A stretch of 64,000 nucleotides of DNA. Origin: Acidobacteriota bacterium. Lineage in GTDB: Bacteria > Acidobacteriota > Vicinamibacteria > Vicinamibacterales > 2-12-FULL-66-21. Where the stretch lies: the NCBI GenBank assembly GCA_046735335.1, contig JBKPTE010000015.1:16183-80182 (forward strand), read 5' to 3'. The notes beneath the pieces were generated by a model. That model did not search any database. It had not been told where the DNA came from and saw only the letters and a program-made list of their open reading frames with translations. The position numbers and the translations under genes were made by a program. Shown here one piece after another: positions 29,431-42,788 of this stretch. Position 1 is the stretch's first letter. Every line of letters starts with the position of its first letter.

Positions 29431-30817
29431 CGCGCGACAGGACCGCCTCGAGCAGCGGCGTCATCATCGCGAGCCGCCGCGCGCGAATGACGAGGTTCCA
29501 CGCACGCTCGAACTTCTTCCATCCGGCCGCGTAGAAGAAGTGCTTCGTCTGGTGCTTGAGCGAGCCGTGCGTGAACGACGCGCGCGCAATGGAGGACCAC
29601 CGGTAGAACTCGTCGTACCCCCAGTGATATCCGTCCTCGAGCTGCGTCGGCGTCATGCGGGCGGGGCGGTAGACCACGTGACGCGTGTCGTAGAGGTCCC
29701 AGTCGCTCGTCGTGATGCGTCCTTCGCGTTCCATCCGGGCGTGGAGCCCCGTGCCGGGATACGGCGTCTGAATGTGGAACGTGGCGGTCGTGATGCCCTG
29801 TTCGATCGCCCAGTCGACCGTGCGCTTGAACACATCGGGTCCATCGTCGTCCATACCGAACACGAAGCTGCCATTGATCATGACGCCGAGCGCGTGGAGC
29901 CGCGCCGTGACGGCGGAGTAGTCCCGATTGAGATTCTGGCGCTTCCCGCTGCGGCGCAGGTTGTCGGGCGTGAGCGTCTCGAACCCGACGAAAAGGCTGC
30001 GCAGCCCGGCTTCGGCGGCGCGCTCGATCAGATCGCCGCGAAGGACGGAATCGACGGTTGCGGCTCCCTGGAACAGCCTGTTCATCCCGCGCATGCCGTC
30101 GAACAGCGCGCGCGAGAAGCGCGGGTCGCCGAGCAGATGGTCGTCGAGAAAGTACAGGTGACGTCCGGGCAGCCTGGCGATCTCCCCCAGCGCTTCGTCG
30201 ACGCGCTGCGTATAGAACGAGCGTCCGCCCGCGAAGAAAGCGTCCTTGTAGCAGAAGTCGCAGTGCTGCGGGCATCCGCGTGTCACCACGATCGAGTTGG
30301 GAACGAGATAGAGGCCCCGCTTGATCAGATCGCGGCGGACCGGCGGAAGACCCAGGATGGTGCGGCCGTCCGACGAGCGGTAGACCCGTTCGGGACGTCG
30401 CCCGCGGAAGTCGGCGAGAAAGCGCGGAAACGTCTGCTCGCCCGGACCGAGGAAGATCGCGTCTGCGTGGGCGGCCGCCTCGTCGGGCAGGGCCGTGACG
30501 TGCAGGCCGCCGAGCGCGACGAACACGCCGCGCGCGCGGTAGCGGTCGGCGATGCGATAGGCTCGATAGGCGTTCGTGATGTACACCTGGATGACGACCA
30601 GGTCCGGCGTATCATCCGTTCGCAGACGCTCGACGTGCTCGTCCACGATCGTCGCCTCGTCGTCGGGGGAGAGATAGGCGGCGAGGGTGGCGAGGCCGAG
30701 CGGCGGAAAGAGGGAGTACTTGATCGGGCGCCAGTAAGGGCTGGTGGCTTCGGTCAGGGCGGGAAGGATGAATTTGATGCGCAGCGACGAACGACTTTGC
30801 AGTGCCAAGTTACGCAT
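29372..30817 (-). CDS. B12-binding domain radical SAM protein
   Basis: PPLGLATLA, GGLHVT, TRGCPQHCDFC, VGFE; ATG 30817. Confidence 0.9.
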   Translation of the reverse strand: MRNLALQSRSSLRIKFILPALTEATSPYWRPIKYSLFPPLGLATLAAYLSPDDEATIVDEHVERLRTDDTPDLVVIQVYITNAYRAYRIADRYRARGVFVALGGLHVTALPDEAAAHADAIFLGPGEQTFPRFLADFRGRRPERVYRSSDGRTILGLPPVRRDLIKRGLYLVPNSIVVTRGCPQHCDFCYKDAFFAGGRSFYTQRVDEALGEIARLPGRHLYFLDDHLLGDPRFSRALFDGMRGMNRLFQGAATVDSVLRGDLIERAAEAGLRSLFVGFETLTPDNLRRSGKRQNLNRDYSAVTARLHALGVMINGSFVFGMDDDGPDVFKRTVDWAIEQGITTATFHIQTPYPGTGLHARMEREGRITTSDWDLYDTRHVVYRPARMTPTQLEDGYHWGYDEFYRWSSIARASFTHGSLKHQTKHFFYAAGWKKFERAWNLVIRARRLAMMTPLLEAVLSRVTSRDASPVSACSQPSSVS

Positions 30818-30871
30818 ACTTGGCAGTATAAAGTAAGTCCGCCGTGCGTGCCTGTCGTTTTTCGAGGACCC

Positions 30872-31111
30872 ATGATTGACCTGTACAACAACGACACGAA
30901 CGAGCTGATTGGCTCGATTACGGACGCGGACCTGAAGGTGCTGGCGGACCACCTCGAGGAAGAGTCGCTCGAGGATCGGGACTACTACATCGATCGCGCC
31001 ACCATCGATCTGATCGCCGACGGCGCGGCGACGGAGCACCTGCTCGGCCTGTTGCGGAAGGCGGTGGGCACGTCTGACGGAATCGAAATCCGCTGGCAGC
31101 GGCGCCAATGA
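30872..31111 (+). CDS. Small acidic conserved hypothetical protein (79 aa)
   Basis: GAGG RBS; MIDLYNNDTNELIGSI...LEEESLEDRDYYI. Confidence 0.75.
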   Translation: MIDLYNNDTNELIGSITDADLKVLADHLEEESLEDRDYYIDRATIDLIADGAATEHLLGLLRKAVGTSDGIEIRWQRRQ

Positions 31112-31144
31112 GCGGGAGGGCGGAATCCCTCGCGCTGCTGCCGC

Positions 31145-31576
31145 TCACGCATACATCGGACGCCGGTTGCTGAGGGCCATCCAGCCCCTGACGACACGAT
31201 AGATGAACCAGACCCCGGTCAGGAGGATCGGGAACCATGCGACGATGATGCCGATCCCGAGCGTGAAGAGCACGAACAGCACGCAAAGCGACACCCAGAG
31301 CAGGCCGAACCAGAAGGTGCGGATCTGCCACCGGAAGTGGGAGTCGAGCCAGGTGCCGCGCACGTCCCCACGCTTTACGTAGTTCAGAATGACCGCGATG
31401 ATCGACGGCCAGCCGGTCAGGAACGCGCCCACGACTGTCGCGGCGCCGAGGATTCCCGTCAGCAGGCTGAACGCGTGCAGCCCATAGATCAGCTGCGTCC
31501 ATCCAATCAATGAGCGTTCCGTTGCCGGCGCCGGGACGAGTGCAGGCTGTTGCCGCGGAGCGTCGTTCATATGCAC
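31145..31576 (-). CDS. DUF4870-like membrane protein
   Basis: IAVILNYVKR..WLDSHFRWQIRTFW motif. Confidence 0.8.
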   Translation of the reverse strand: MHMNDAPRQQPALVPAPATERSLIGWTQLIYGLHAFSLLTGILGAATVVGAFLTGWPSIIAVILNYVKRGDVRGTWLDSHFRWQIRTFWFGLLWVSLCVLFVLFTLGIGIIVAWFPILLTGVWFIYRVVRGWMALSNRRPMYA

Positions 31577-31625
31577 ATCGTCTCACGAGTGTGCCGAGGC
31601 GATCGAAGCTTCGCGACATCTTCAC

Positions 31626-31713
31626 CGCGGCACCCCTGAAGGGCGACCCTACATTCGCGATCTTCGGCATTCGTCGTTCGTAACTCGTTGTTCGTCATTC
31701 GTCGTTCGTCGTT
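31626..31713. repeat. GTAG-type REP (minus strand) followed by TTCGTCG heptamers
   Basis: GCACCCCTGAAGGGCGACCCTAC, then about 6 TTCGTNN units. Confidence 0.7.
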
Positions 31714-31792
31714 GACGCATCCACCGCTTCCGGACCACCGTTCGCCGGATCCCTCCAACCCCCGTGCCGCAAATCCGTATGCTTTCATCGAC

Positions 31793-32718
31793 ATGCCCGC
31801 ACAACCCGACGTCCTGACCATCAGCAATGCGCGCAAGCGGTTCGGCAGCGTCGTCGCGCTCGAGGGGCCACGCTCGCGCTGCGCGAGGGGGAACTGCTGG
31901 CCCTTGTCGGCCCGAACGGCGCCGGCAAGACGACGCTCATCCGCGCCATCGCCGGCCGCGTGCGCCTCGACGGCGGCGAGATCCTGATGTTCGGCAGGCC
32001 GATGGCGGGAAGCCGGACGCCGCCGGAGCTCGGGATCGTGCCGCAGGAGCTGGCCGTGTATCCGCTCCTGACCGCGCGGGAGAACCTGGAGGCGTTCGGC
32101 CGCCTTCAGGGCCTGAGCGGCCGTGACCTCGACGGGCAGGTGAGATGGGCGTTGAAGGCAACGGCGCTCGAGGACCGCGCGAACGAGCCGGTGAAGCGGT
32201 TTTCGGGCGGCATGAAGCGGCGCCTCAACATCGCGTGCGGCGTCCTGCACCGGCCGCGCATCGTGCTGCTCGACGAGCCGACGGTCGGCGTGGACCCGCA
32301 GAGCCGCGAGCGTATCTACGACATGCTCGGCGAGCTGATGAGAGCGGGGGTGTCGCTGCTGCTGACGACGCATCATCTCGAAGAAGCCGAGGCGCGCTGC
32401 TCGCGGACGGTCATCATCGATCACGGACGCGTCATCGCAGCCGGTACGCTGCCGGAGCTCGTGGACCAGACGGTCGGACGCTACCGCCTGGTCACGCTGC
32501 GCGTGAGCACGCCGGTCACGAATGCGCCGAATGGAATCGAGGTCGCGCCGGACGATGCACGGCTGTTGCGAGCTCGGGTTTCGGATGTGGCGCAGGATCT
32601 CCCCGTGCTGCTGACGGCGGTAGGCGCGCGCGGGACGGAGATCGAGGACGTCGACGTCCGCGGCCCGAGCCTCCAGGCCGTGTTCATTCATCTGACCGGA
32701 AGGGAGCTGCGGGAATGA
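31793..32718 (+). pseudogene. ABC-2 type ATP-binding protein with a frameshift near 31864-31867 (or a sequencing error)
   Basis: MPAQPDVLTISNARKRFGSVVALEG is in one frame; Walker A GPNGAGKTT and the rest are in another; one extra G restores the frame. Confidence 0.8.
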
Positions 32719-33989
32719 TCGCGACCCTGCTGAAGATCAACTGGACGAACCTGAAGCGCGACCGCGTGGCGCAGATGATGGCATTCCTGTTGCCGGTGAT
32801 CTTCTTCTCGATCTTTGCCACCGTGTTCGGCAATCAGAGCAACAGGTCGACGGCCCGGATTCGCGTCGCCGTCGTCGACGAGGACGGCAGCGAGTTGAGC
32901 CGACGGATCGTCGCGGGACTTCGCGCAGAGAAGGGGCTCCGCGCCAGAACGACCATCGATCCGGATGAGAAGGGCGCGAGCCTCGACCGCGAGCGCGCAC
33001 GCGGGCTCGTTCGTGATGGCGATGTGCCCGTTGCGATCGTCCTTCCGCGCGGGCTCGGTGCGGCCGCAGCGGCGTTCGGTGCAGCGCGCGACGCGCGGAT
33101 TCAGCTGCTCGCCGATGTCTCCGATCCGATCGCGCCGCAGATGGTCTATGGCCTGCTGCAGAAGGTCTCGATGACGTCCGCTCCGGACATCCTGATGCAG
33201 GGAGGCATCTCGCAATTCGAGCATTACGCGGGGACGCTCACGCCCCAGCAGCGCGCCGCCGTGAACGGGTGGCTGCCGCAGCTGCGGCCCTCGGGGCCGG
33301 ATGCCTCGCGCGCCTCGTCGAATACGGCAGAAGGCTTCTTCGGGTTGGGCATCGACACGGTCGACGTGATGCGCGACGGCAATCGCGAGAGCCTGATCTC
33401 GTTCTACGCCGCGGGGATCGGCGTCATGTTCCTGCTCTTCTCGGTGTCGGGCGCGAGCGGCACGCTGCTCGACGAAGTCGACTCGGGCACCTTCGACCGC
33501 GTGCTCTCCACGCGCGTCGGCATGAACGGACTGCTGGCGGGGAAGTGGCTGTACCTCACCCTGATGGGCATCGCGCAGTTGTCGATCATGTTCCTGTGGG
33601 GCCGCGTCGCGTTCCAGCTCGATCTCTTCAGGCGCGTGCCCGGGTTCCTCGTCATGACCGCGTTCACCGCGATGGCAGCCGCGGGCTTCGGCCTGCTCCT
33701 CGCGACCATCGCGCGCACGCGCGCGCAGCTCTCCGGGATGGCGACGATCATCATCCTGATCATGTCGTCGCTCGGCGGCAGCATGTTCCCGCGCTTCCTC
33801 ATGAGCGAGACGATGCAGAGGATGGGGCTGCTCACGTTCAACGCGTGGGCGCTCGACGGCTATCTGAAGGTGTTCTGGCGGAACGCGCCGATCGTTGCGC
33901 TCTGGCCGCAACTGCTCGTGCTCACACTCTTGACGATCGTGTTCCTCTCGCTGGCGCGGACATTTGCCCGCCGATGGGAGGCAGCCTAG
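32715..33989 (+). CDS. ABC-2 transporter permease
   Basis: ATGA overlap; VAVVDEDGS, GIGVMFLLF, LGGSMFP. Confidence 0.9.
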   Translation: MIATLLKINWTNLKRDRVAQMMAFLLPVIFFSIFATVFGNQSNRSTARIRVAVVDEDGSELSRRIVAGLRAEKGLRARTTIDPDEKGASLDRERARGLVRDGDVPVAIVLPRGLGAAAAAFGAARDARIQLLADVSDPIAPQMVYGLLQKVSMTSAPDILMQGGISQFEHYAGTLTPQQRAAVNGWLPQLRPSGPDASRASSNTAEGFFGLGIDTVDVMRDGNRESLISFYAAGIGVMFLLFSVSGASGTLLDEVDSGTFDRVLSTRVGMNGLLAGKWLYLTLMGIAQLSIMFLWGRVAFQLDLFRRVPGFLVMTAFTAMAAAGFGLLLATIARTRAQLSGMATIIILIMSSLGGSMFPRFLMSETMQRMGLLTFNAWALDGYLKVFWRNAPIVALWPQLLVLTLLTIVFLSLARTFARRWEAA

Positions 33990-34022
33990 GACTCCGGACG
34001 CCCAGGATCCCGGCTCCGGATT

Positions 34023-35369
34023 TCACGTCTTCTCTTCGGACAGATCGATGCCGAACCGTTCGGCCATCCTGTAGAGCGTGCGGCGATCGATCCCGAGCAC
34101 TTCGGCTGCCCTCGTACGATTGCCGCCAACCTGCTCGATGACGTGGACGAGATAGCGCCGCTCGATTTCGTCGAGCGACGGAAGATCCACGAACAGCCGT
34201 TCGTGGAGGTCCGGTTCTGATGCGGCCCGAAACGGCAGATCGGCAACGTCGATCGTCGAGCCGCGGCTGAACACCACGAGACGCTCGATCGTGTTCTCCA
34301 GCTCGCGCACGTTGCCGGGCCAGCGATACGCCGCCAGAGCCGCGATGGCCGCCGGCGTCAGCGCCACGGTCCGGCCGGCGCGGCTGCAGGCATTCTGCAG
34401 GAACGTCTCGATCAGGAGTGGGATGTCCTCGCGCCGTTCGCGGAGCGCGGGCATGTGAATGACGATCACGCTCAAGCGGTAGAACACGTCCTGTCTGAAA
34501 CGCTGCTGCGCCACTTCGCGTTCGAGGTCGACGTTCGTGGCGGCGACGACGCGGACGTCCACCTTCACGATCCGGCTGGCGCCAACCGGACGCACCTCGC
34601 CTTCCTGCAGCACGCGAAGGAGTTTCACCTGCAGTGCGGCCGAGGTCTCGCTGATCTCGTCGAGGAAAACCGTCCCGCCGTTCGCCTGCTCGAAGATGCC
34701 CTTCGTATCCGTCACGGCGCCGGTGAACGCGCCGCGCGTGTGGCCGAACAGCTCCGATTCGAGAACGCTCTCGGTCAGCGCGCCGCAGTTGATCGGCACG
34801 AATGGCCGCGACGCGCGCCGTCCGTTCGCATGGATGGCGCGTGCGACCAGCTCCTTGCCCGTTCCGCTCTCGCCGACAATGAGGACGGAAGCGGTCGCGT
34901 TCGCGGCGTGCGCGATCTGCTTGTAGACGGCCAGCATGCCGGCCGTCCGTCCGATCAGGCCCGGCGGCGCGACATCCAGATGCGGACGCTCGTTCGCCGC
35001 TGGCGCAGCCGGCTCCGCCAGCGCGCGTTCGACCGTCGCCTTCACCTCGGTGATGTTGAACGGCTTGCTGATGTAGTCGTACGCGCCCGCGCGGACCGCC
35101 TCGATCGCGGTCTGGAGCGTGCCGAACCCGCTGATCAAGACGACGTGGCCGGACGGATTCCCGGACTTGAACGCGCGAAGCACATCCATCCCGTTCTGCG
35201 GCGCATCGAGGTTGATGTCCGAAATCAGGAGATCGAACGGCTCGCGGGCGAGGCGGACCGCCTCCTCCGCGCGCTGCGTCGTACGAATCTCCCGGTCCGG
35301 CTGCTCGAGCAGCTCCGCCATGAACCGGCACGTTTCGCCATCGTCATCGACGATCAGAATTTTCGCCAT
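34023..35369 (-). CDS. Sigma-54-dependent response regulator (AtoC/NtrC family)
   Basis: REC, GESGTGKE, GAFTGA, WPGNVREL, HTH. Confidence 0.95.
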   Translation of the reverse strand: MAKILIVDDDGETCRFMAELLEQPDREIRTTQRAEEAVRLAREPFDLLISDINLDAPQNGMDVLRAFKSGNPSGHVVLISGFGTLQTAIEAVRAGAYDYISKPFNITEVKATVERALAEPAAPAANERPHLDVAPPGLIGRTAGMLAVYKQIAHAANATASVLIVGESGTGKELVARAIHANGRRASRPFVPINCGALTESVLESELFGHTRGAFTGAVTDTKGIFEQANGGTVFLDEISETSAALQVKLLRVLQEGEVRPVGASRIVKVDVRVVAATNVDLEREVAQQRFRQDVFYRLSVIVIHMPALRERREDIPLLIETFLQNACSRAGRTVALTPAAIAALAAYRWPGNVRELENTIERLVVFSRGSTIDVADLPFRAASEPDLHERLFVDLPSLDEIERRYLVHVIEQVGGNRTRAAEVLGIDRRTLYRMAERFGIDLSEEKT

Positions 35370-36945
35370 GCGCCTCGGTGGACGGAGTGTCTGGAGTGGA
35401 AAGGACGATCGTGAAGGTCGTCCGTCCTGGTGTGCTCTCGGCGGAAATGGTGCCGCCGTGGCGCGCGATCACGTCGCGCGTGATGCTGAGGCCGAGCCCG
35501 GTGCCCTTGCCGGCCGGCTTCGTCGTGACCCAGGGCTCGAAGATCCGCGGCAGCAGCTCCGGGTCGATGCCGGATCCGGAATCGGTGATGGCAATCCGAG
35601 CGCGGCCGTCCACCGCGGACGCGGCGAGCGTCAAGGATCCGCCGCCCGGCATCGCGTCGAGGCTGTTGTTGATGAGATTCAGCAGCGCCAGCTCGAGCTC
35701 CTCGGCGTCCGCGTCGATCGACGGCAGGTCGGGAACGAGGTCGAGCGTCAGCGCGATTCGTGACGCATCGAGCTTCGGGCGCGCGACGTCCGCGACGCGC
35801 GTGAGCAGCGTGCGCAGGGAGGTCGGCCATCGGGTATCCGGCCGGCGCGCGTGGTCGAGCATCGTTCGGACGACCGCGTCCACCTTCGCGATCTGCTCCT
35901 GCACGATCGTGAGGCGGCGCGCCGTCTTCGCATCGATCGCGGCGTCCTGCTGCAGCATCTGCACGTAGCCGGAAATCAGGTTCAGGGGCGTCCCGACCTG
36001 ATGCGCCACACTCGCAGCGGTCTGGCCGACGGCCGCCATCTGTTCTGCGCGCCCGAGCGCTTCGCGCAGCGCGACCGAGCGGCGGTAGCTCTCCACGAGC
36101 TCCTCGTTTCGCAGCCGGAGCTCCGCGGTCGCTTCCGCCACCTTGTCCTGGAGCGCCACGTTGAAGTCCTGCAGGCGCGCCAGCATCTCGTTCAGGCCGG
36201 CCGCCACCTCGCCGATCTCGTCCGGACGGACGATCGATGCGCGGGCGGAGAAATCGCCCGCACCGGCCCTCTGCATGGCGTCATGAATGCGCGCGACCGG
36301 GCGGTGGATCAGGCGGCGTGCGAACCAGTCGATCAAGAGCGTCAGCAGGACGACGACGATTGGTGCGAACCACAGCGTGACGCGGCGTCCCTTCGTCCGA
36401 AGCTGCGCAACGGATCCCAGCGAGACGGTCACGACGGCTGCCGCCGAGGGCCGTCCGTCGCGCAGCGCGGGCGCCGCGACGATGGACATCCCGGGAGGAC
36501 CATCGAGCGTGATCGTGTCGCGCTGCGCGACTGCTCGCTGCGCCGCCTGCAAGGCTTCCGGACGCTCGACCGACGAGGTGCTGGCGACGACCTCGGCGCC
36601 GTCGCCCGAGACGTCGACGACCGAAATCGCTCGAATCGCTGGTGCGCTCACCGCGAACTCGTGGAGCATCGCGGCGAGGCTGTCGGCGTCGACGGGTTCG
36701 CGGCGCAGCTCGAAGTCGTCGGCCACGGCCGTCGCGCTGAGCCGGGCGTTCTCGAGCAGATCGCGCCGAACCGTCCGCTCGAAGATGCCGATCTCGATGA
36801 TGGCCTGCACGCTGATGGTGAGACCCACGGCGAGCGTGACGAGGAGCGCAAGACGCGTGCGGAGCGAAAGCGACGGGCGCAGTTTTGCCACGCTGGGGCG
36901 CGCCTGCGCGGTTGAGGCCGCTGCTGCGGCCTGGCTGAAATTCAT
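35344..36945 (-). CDS. Membrane sensor histidine kinase (HAMP)
   Basis: 2 TM, DEIGEV, AHQVGTPL, TTKPAGKGTGLGL; start uncertain (36945 or GTG 36891). Confidence 0.88.
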   Translation of the reverse strand: MNFSQAAAAASTAQARPSVAKLRPSLSLRTRLALLVTLAVGLTISVQAIIEIGIFERTVRRDLLENARLSATAVADDFELRREPVDADSLAAMLHEFAVSAPAIRAISVVDVSGDGAEVVASTSSVERPEALQAAQRAVAQRDTITLDGPPGMSIVAAPALRDGRPSAAAVVTVSLGSVAQLRTKGRRVTLWFAPIVVVLLTLLIDWFARRLIHRPVARIHDAMQRAGAGDFSARASIVRPDEIGEVAAGLNEMLARLQDFNVALQDKVAEATAELRLRNEELVESYRRSVALREALGRAEQMAAVGQTAASVAHQVGTPLNLISGYVQMLQQDAAIDAKTARRLTIVQEQIAKVDAVVRTMLDHARRPDTRWPTSLRTLLTRVADVARPKLDASRIALTLDLVPDLPSIDADAEELELALLNLINNSLDAMPGGGSLTLAASAVDGRARIAITDSGSGIDPELLPRIFEPWVTTKPAGKGTGLGLSITRDVIARHGGTISAESTPGRTTFTIVLSTPDTPSTEAHGENSDRR

Positions 36946-37100
36946 CGAAGTCGTTGTACGGGCTCGTCTTGGCTCATTGTACCGGGCTACGAAAATGGTG
37001 GCACCCGGATTGTGTTCACACCGGATGCCCACCGGCTGAGCGGCGAACGGCTGGATCTTCCGGTCAACTCCTCCCGACTGCCGGTCGGTGGGCGCTCCCG

Positions 37101-37475
37101 ATGCGTATCCCTGGTCCGTTTCGTCTGGTCGCCTCGCTGCTGGTGCTTGCGATCGCAGCTCCGCCTGCGATCGCATCCGCCGGCCAGACCCTATCGTCGA
37201 CGACGGCGGCGGCGCCGGCCGCCACCGAGGCGTCGCTCATCGGCGTCATCGAGCACTTCGAGGAAGCGGCACGGCGCCTGGTGCTGCAGACCAAGGACGC
37301 GCGCGTCGCGTTCATCCTCGCGTCCGACGCGGTGGTGCGGCTCGGGTCCCGCACGCTGCCGGCCAGCGCGCTTGCCGCGCATCGGGGCCGCCGGGCCAAG
37401 GTGCGCTACACGCAAGACGGCAACCGCCGGACGGCGCACTGGGTCGTCATCTCTTCCGAGGCCCCGCGGTATTGA
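37101..37475 (+). CDS. Small secreted beta-barrel (OB-fold-like) protein
   Basis: Signal peptide, low-complexity linker, beta-rich domain. Confidence 0.6.
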   Translation: MRIPGPFRLVASLLVLAIAAPPAIASAGQTLSSTTAAAPAATEASLIGVIEHFEEAARRLVLQTKDARVAFILASDAVVRLGSRTLPASALAAHRGRRAKVRYTQDGNRRTAHWVVISSEAPRY

Positions 37476-37531
37476 CCGCGGGCTTCGCCCGCTCGAGCAT
37501 CTCAGTCGTTTGTCTCGGCTAAGATCGCAGC

Positions 37532-38419
37532 GTGAAGCTCGCGATCCGTGCAGGCGGCGGACTGTGCGCGCTGGCGCTGGCGCTAACCGTTGCCTCGCGC
37601 CCTGCCGCCGGCGCTTCCCGCGCGGACGATCTCGCGACCATCATTCGGCGCATCGGCGAGTACGTCGCCGCGTGGGGTGACCGCGCGTCCCTGCTCGTTG
37701 GCGTGGAGGATTACCTTCAGACATACACGCCCGCCAACCTCGGCCAGCCCCCCTCGCGGCATCTGATCTCGGAGTTCGCGATCGTTCGCACCACGGATTT
37801 GACGGGATGGATCGGGCTGCGCGACGTGGGTGAAGTCGACGGCCACCCCGTCATCGATCGGCGCGATCGCCTCGAGCGGCTGTTTCTCGACGGCGCTCCC
37901 GACGAGGGACGCGCACGGGCGATCGTCGAGGAGAGCGCCAGGTTCAATCTGGGTTCGATCGTGCGGACCGTCAACGTTCCGACGGTCGCGTTGTTCTTCT
38001 TCACGCCCGGGAACCTCGATCGATTCGCGTTCAGCCGCAAGGGGGAGACGCTCGTGGACGGGGTGCGCGCGCTGGAGATTGCGTTCCGCGAGAAGGCCGC
38101 GCCCACGTTGATCCGCCGCCTCGACGGCGGCAGCGTCCGGTCGCGCGGGACGTTGTGGGTGATTCCGTCCGAGGGGACGGTGGTTCGCACGCACCTCGTG
38201 GTGTCGGGCTTCACCGGCGCCTCCAGCTCCGCCGAGGTCGACGTCCAGTACCGCCGCGATCCCAGGCTCGACACGTGGGTTCCGGCGGCAATGTCCGAAT
38301 TCTACGAGGCAACCGTCCGGAATCCCCGGATGCGCAACGAGCAGGCGCGCGCGACCGCGACGGCGACCTATTCGCAGTTCCGCCGGTTCGAGACATCCGC
38401 GAGGATTTCACACCGTTGA
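37532..38419 (+). CDS. Secreted hypothetical protein
   Basis: Signal peptide; RDVGEVDG, ESARFNLG, ATYSQFRRF. Confidence 0.75.
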   Translation: MKLAIRAGGGLCALALALTVASRPAAGASRADDLATIIRRIGEYVAAWGDRASLLVGVEDYLQTYTPANLGQPPSRHLISEFAIVRTTDLTGWIGLRDVGEVDGHPVIDRRDRLERLFLDGAPDEGRARAIVEESARFNLGSIVRTVNVPTVALFFFTPGNLDRFAFSRKGETLVDGVRALEIAFREKAAPTLIRRLDGGSVRSRGTLWVIPSEGTVVRTHLVVSGFTGASSSAEVDVQYRRDPRLDTWVPAAMSEFYEATVRNPRMRNEQARATATATYSQFRRFETSARISHR

Positions 38420-38889
38420 CCCCTTCGCGTTCCGGACGTACCCGGAGATCCCCGCTGCGGCGCGCGGGTCTGCTGCTGATCGGCGCCGTCGCGTGGGCGT
38501 GCGCGGACACGTACGTCGGCGTCTACGCAACGCTGGACGAGGCGCGCCAGGCCGGAGCGATCGCGCGAGGCTGGGTGCCGCAGGGCCTGCCCCCGTCCAC
38601 GACGGACATCCGCGAGGGACACGATGTCGACACGAATGCGCGGTGGGGGACGTTCACGTTCCCGATTTCGGAGACGGCTCGCGTTCAAGCCCTGATGGGA
38701 GAGGAGCTGTCGACGGCGCCGTACTGCCATCCGCCGGGCCGCTTCGAGTGGTGGCCGCTCGCGCTCCGGGAGCCGATTGACGTCTCGCGCCTCCACGCGG
38801 CAGGTGTTCGCCTCTACCGCGCGCGCGACGGCGATCTCACCTACGCGATCAACTGGCCGACCGGGCGGGCGTTCTACTGGCGACAGTGA
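38416..38889 (+). CDS. Putative lipoprotein (YbbD-like)
   Basis: TTG overlapping the upstream stop; AWAC lipobox-like; YATLDEA..AIARGWVP..HDVDTN. Confidence 0.6.
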   Translation: MTPSRSGRTRRSPLRRAGLLLIGAVAWACADTYVGVYATLDEARQAGAIARGWVPQGLPPSTTDIREGHDVDTNARWGTFTFPISETARVQALMGEELSTAPYCHPPGRFEWWPLALREPIDVSRLHAAGVRLYRARDGDLTYAINWPTGRAFYWRQ

Positions 38890-38950
38890 CGGGAGGTTGG
38901 CTTGCCCGCCGTAGCCGCGCAGCGGCGGAGGCGGGAGGTTGGCGTTGGCT

Positions 38951-39284
38951 TGTCAACCCGTAGCTCGCGCGCCAATTCAGGCGAGTGCCCTTCTTGAGCC
39001 AGGGGTGACGTTTTATTCCGGACGCATGGGTGACACTTGGCCCCCGAGGAGGGGGCATGCCTTGGAAGGCGTGTCACATCATGGACGAGCGGCTGCGATT
39101 CGTCGCGCGCCTGCTGGACGGCGAGCGGATGACGACGCTCTGCACGGAGTTCGGCATCTCGCGGAAGACCGGCTACAAGATCTACGACCGCTACAAGGCC
39201 TTTGGCCTGCACGGCCTTAGTGACCGAAGTCGGCGGGCCGAGCGCCCGGAATAAAACGTTACCGATGCGCCCGGAATAGACCCA
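38951..39284 (+). mobile_element. Internally deleted IS481-family remnant
   Basis: TGT left end; GGTGACGTTTTATTCCGG is inverted to CCGGAATAAAACGTTACC at the right end; truncated transposase. Confidence 0.78.
39057..39254 (+). pseudogene. Truncated IS481 transposase (HTH only)
   Basis: MPWKACHIMDERLRFV..LCTEFGISRKTGYKIYDRY..GLSDRSRR, then stop. Confidence 0.85.
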
Positions 39285-39292
39285 GCGAAGGG

Positions 39293-39368
<76 letters not shown>

Positions 39369-39517
39369 CCTGCAGCGAACCCTGATCATAACAAAGCCGC
39401 TCGACCGGCCACAACGGCGGCCGCGCTCGGCGCACGCGCTCCGCACTTTCTGCTTGTACTTTGATCCCGCTTCAGTTACACTCGCATTCATTCCGAATGA
39501 GGAGAGCGACACGTCAG

Positions 39518-39841
39518 ATGCAGTCCGACGTCGACGATCTCCGCGTGCCACGCCCTGCGCCGCGCCGCTTCTGGTGGCACGCGATCCTGTTCGCCGGATG
39601 CGTGCTGCTCGCCAACGGCCTCGTCGGCGAGCGCGGCCTGCTCGAACGTGTCCGCGCACGCCGCAGTTACGCCGAAGCGGCTGAAGATCTCGGGCGGCTG
39701 CGGCAACAGAACGTCCGCCTTCGCGAGACCGTCCACAACCTCCGCACCGATCCGGCAACCATCGAAGCCGTCGCCCGCGAGGAACTGGGACTGATCCGCC
39801 GCGGCGAAATTCTGGTCAGCGTTCGGAACCTGAAGCGCTGA
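39518..39841 (+). CDS. ftsB: Septum formation initiator (FtsB/DivIC)
   Basis: TM, GERGL, coiled coil, [16 protein letters not shown]. Confidence 0.85.
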   Translation: MQSDVDDLRVPRPAPRRFWWHAILFAGCVLLANGLVGERGLLERVRARRSYAEAAEDLGRLRQQNVRLRETVHNLRTDPATIEAVAREELGLIRRGEILVSVRNLKR

Positions 39842-40100
39842 TCAACTCCCAACCTTCCGCCTTCGTCCTCCGGGCTACGGCGGGCAAGCACAATCCTGTG
39901 GGCTCTTGACGCACACCTGTGCGTGCGCGTGTGCGGTTGCGCCCGCACACACGCCGGATCTCGCTGATTTCGCGCGGCCACCCGCGGCAGTGTTGTTGCA
40001 CAGTACCCGCACACTCCCCGAGCCGACCCCAGACGATGAACCCCCGTTCCACAGCGCTTCGCGCCGGCCGCGCCCGTCCGTGACCCACCCCTTTGCGAAG

Positions 40101-42775
<2,675 letters not shown>

Positions 42776-42788
<13 letters not shown>

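Noticed and set aside
36999-37014. Sigma-54-like TGGCACCCGGATTGTG upstream of the small secreted gene
   Set aside because: The -12 element reads GT rather than GC; too weak to call without TSS data
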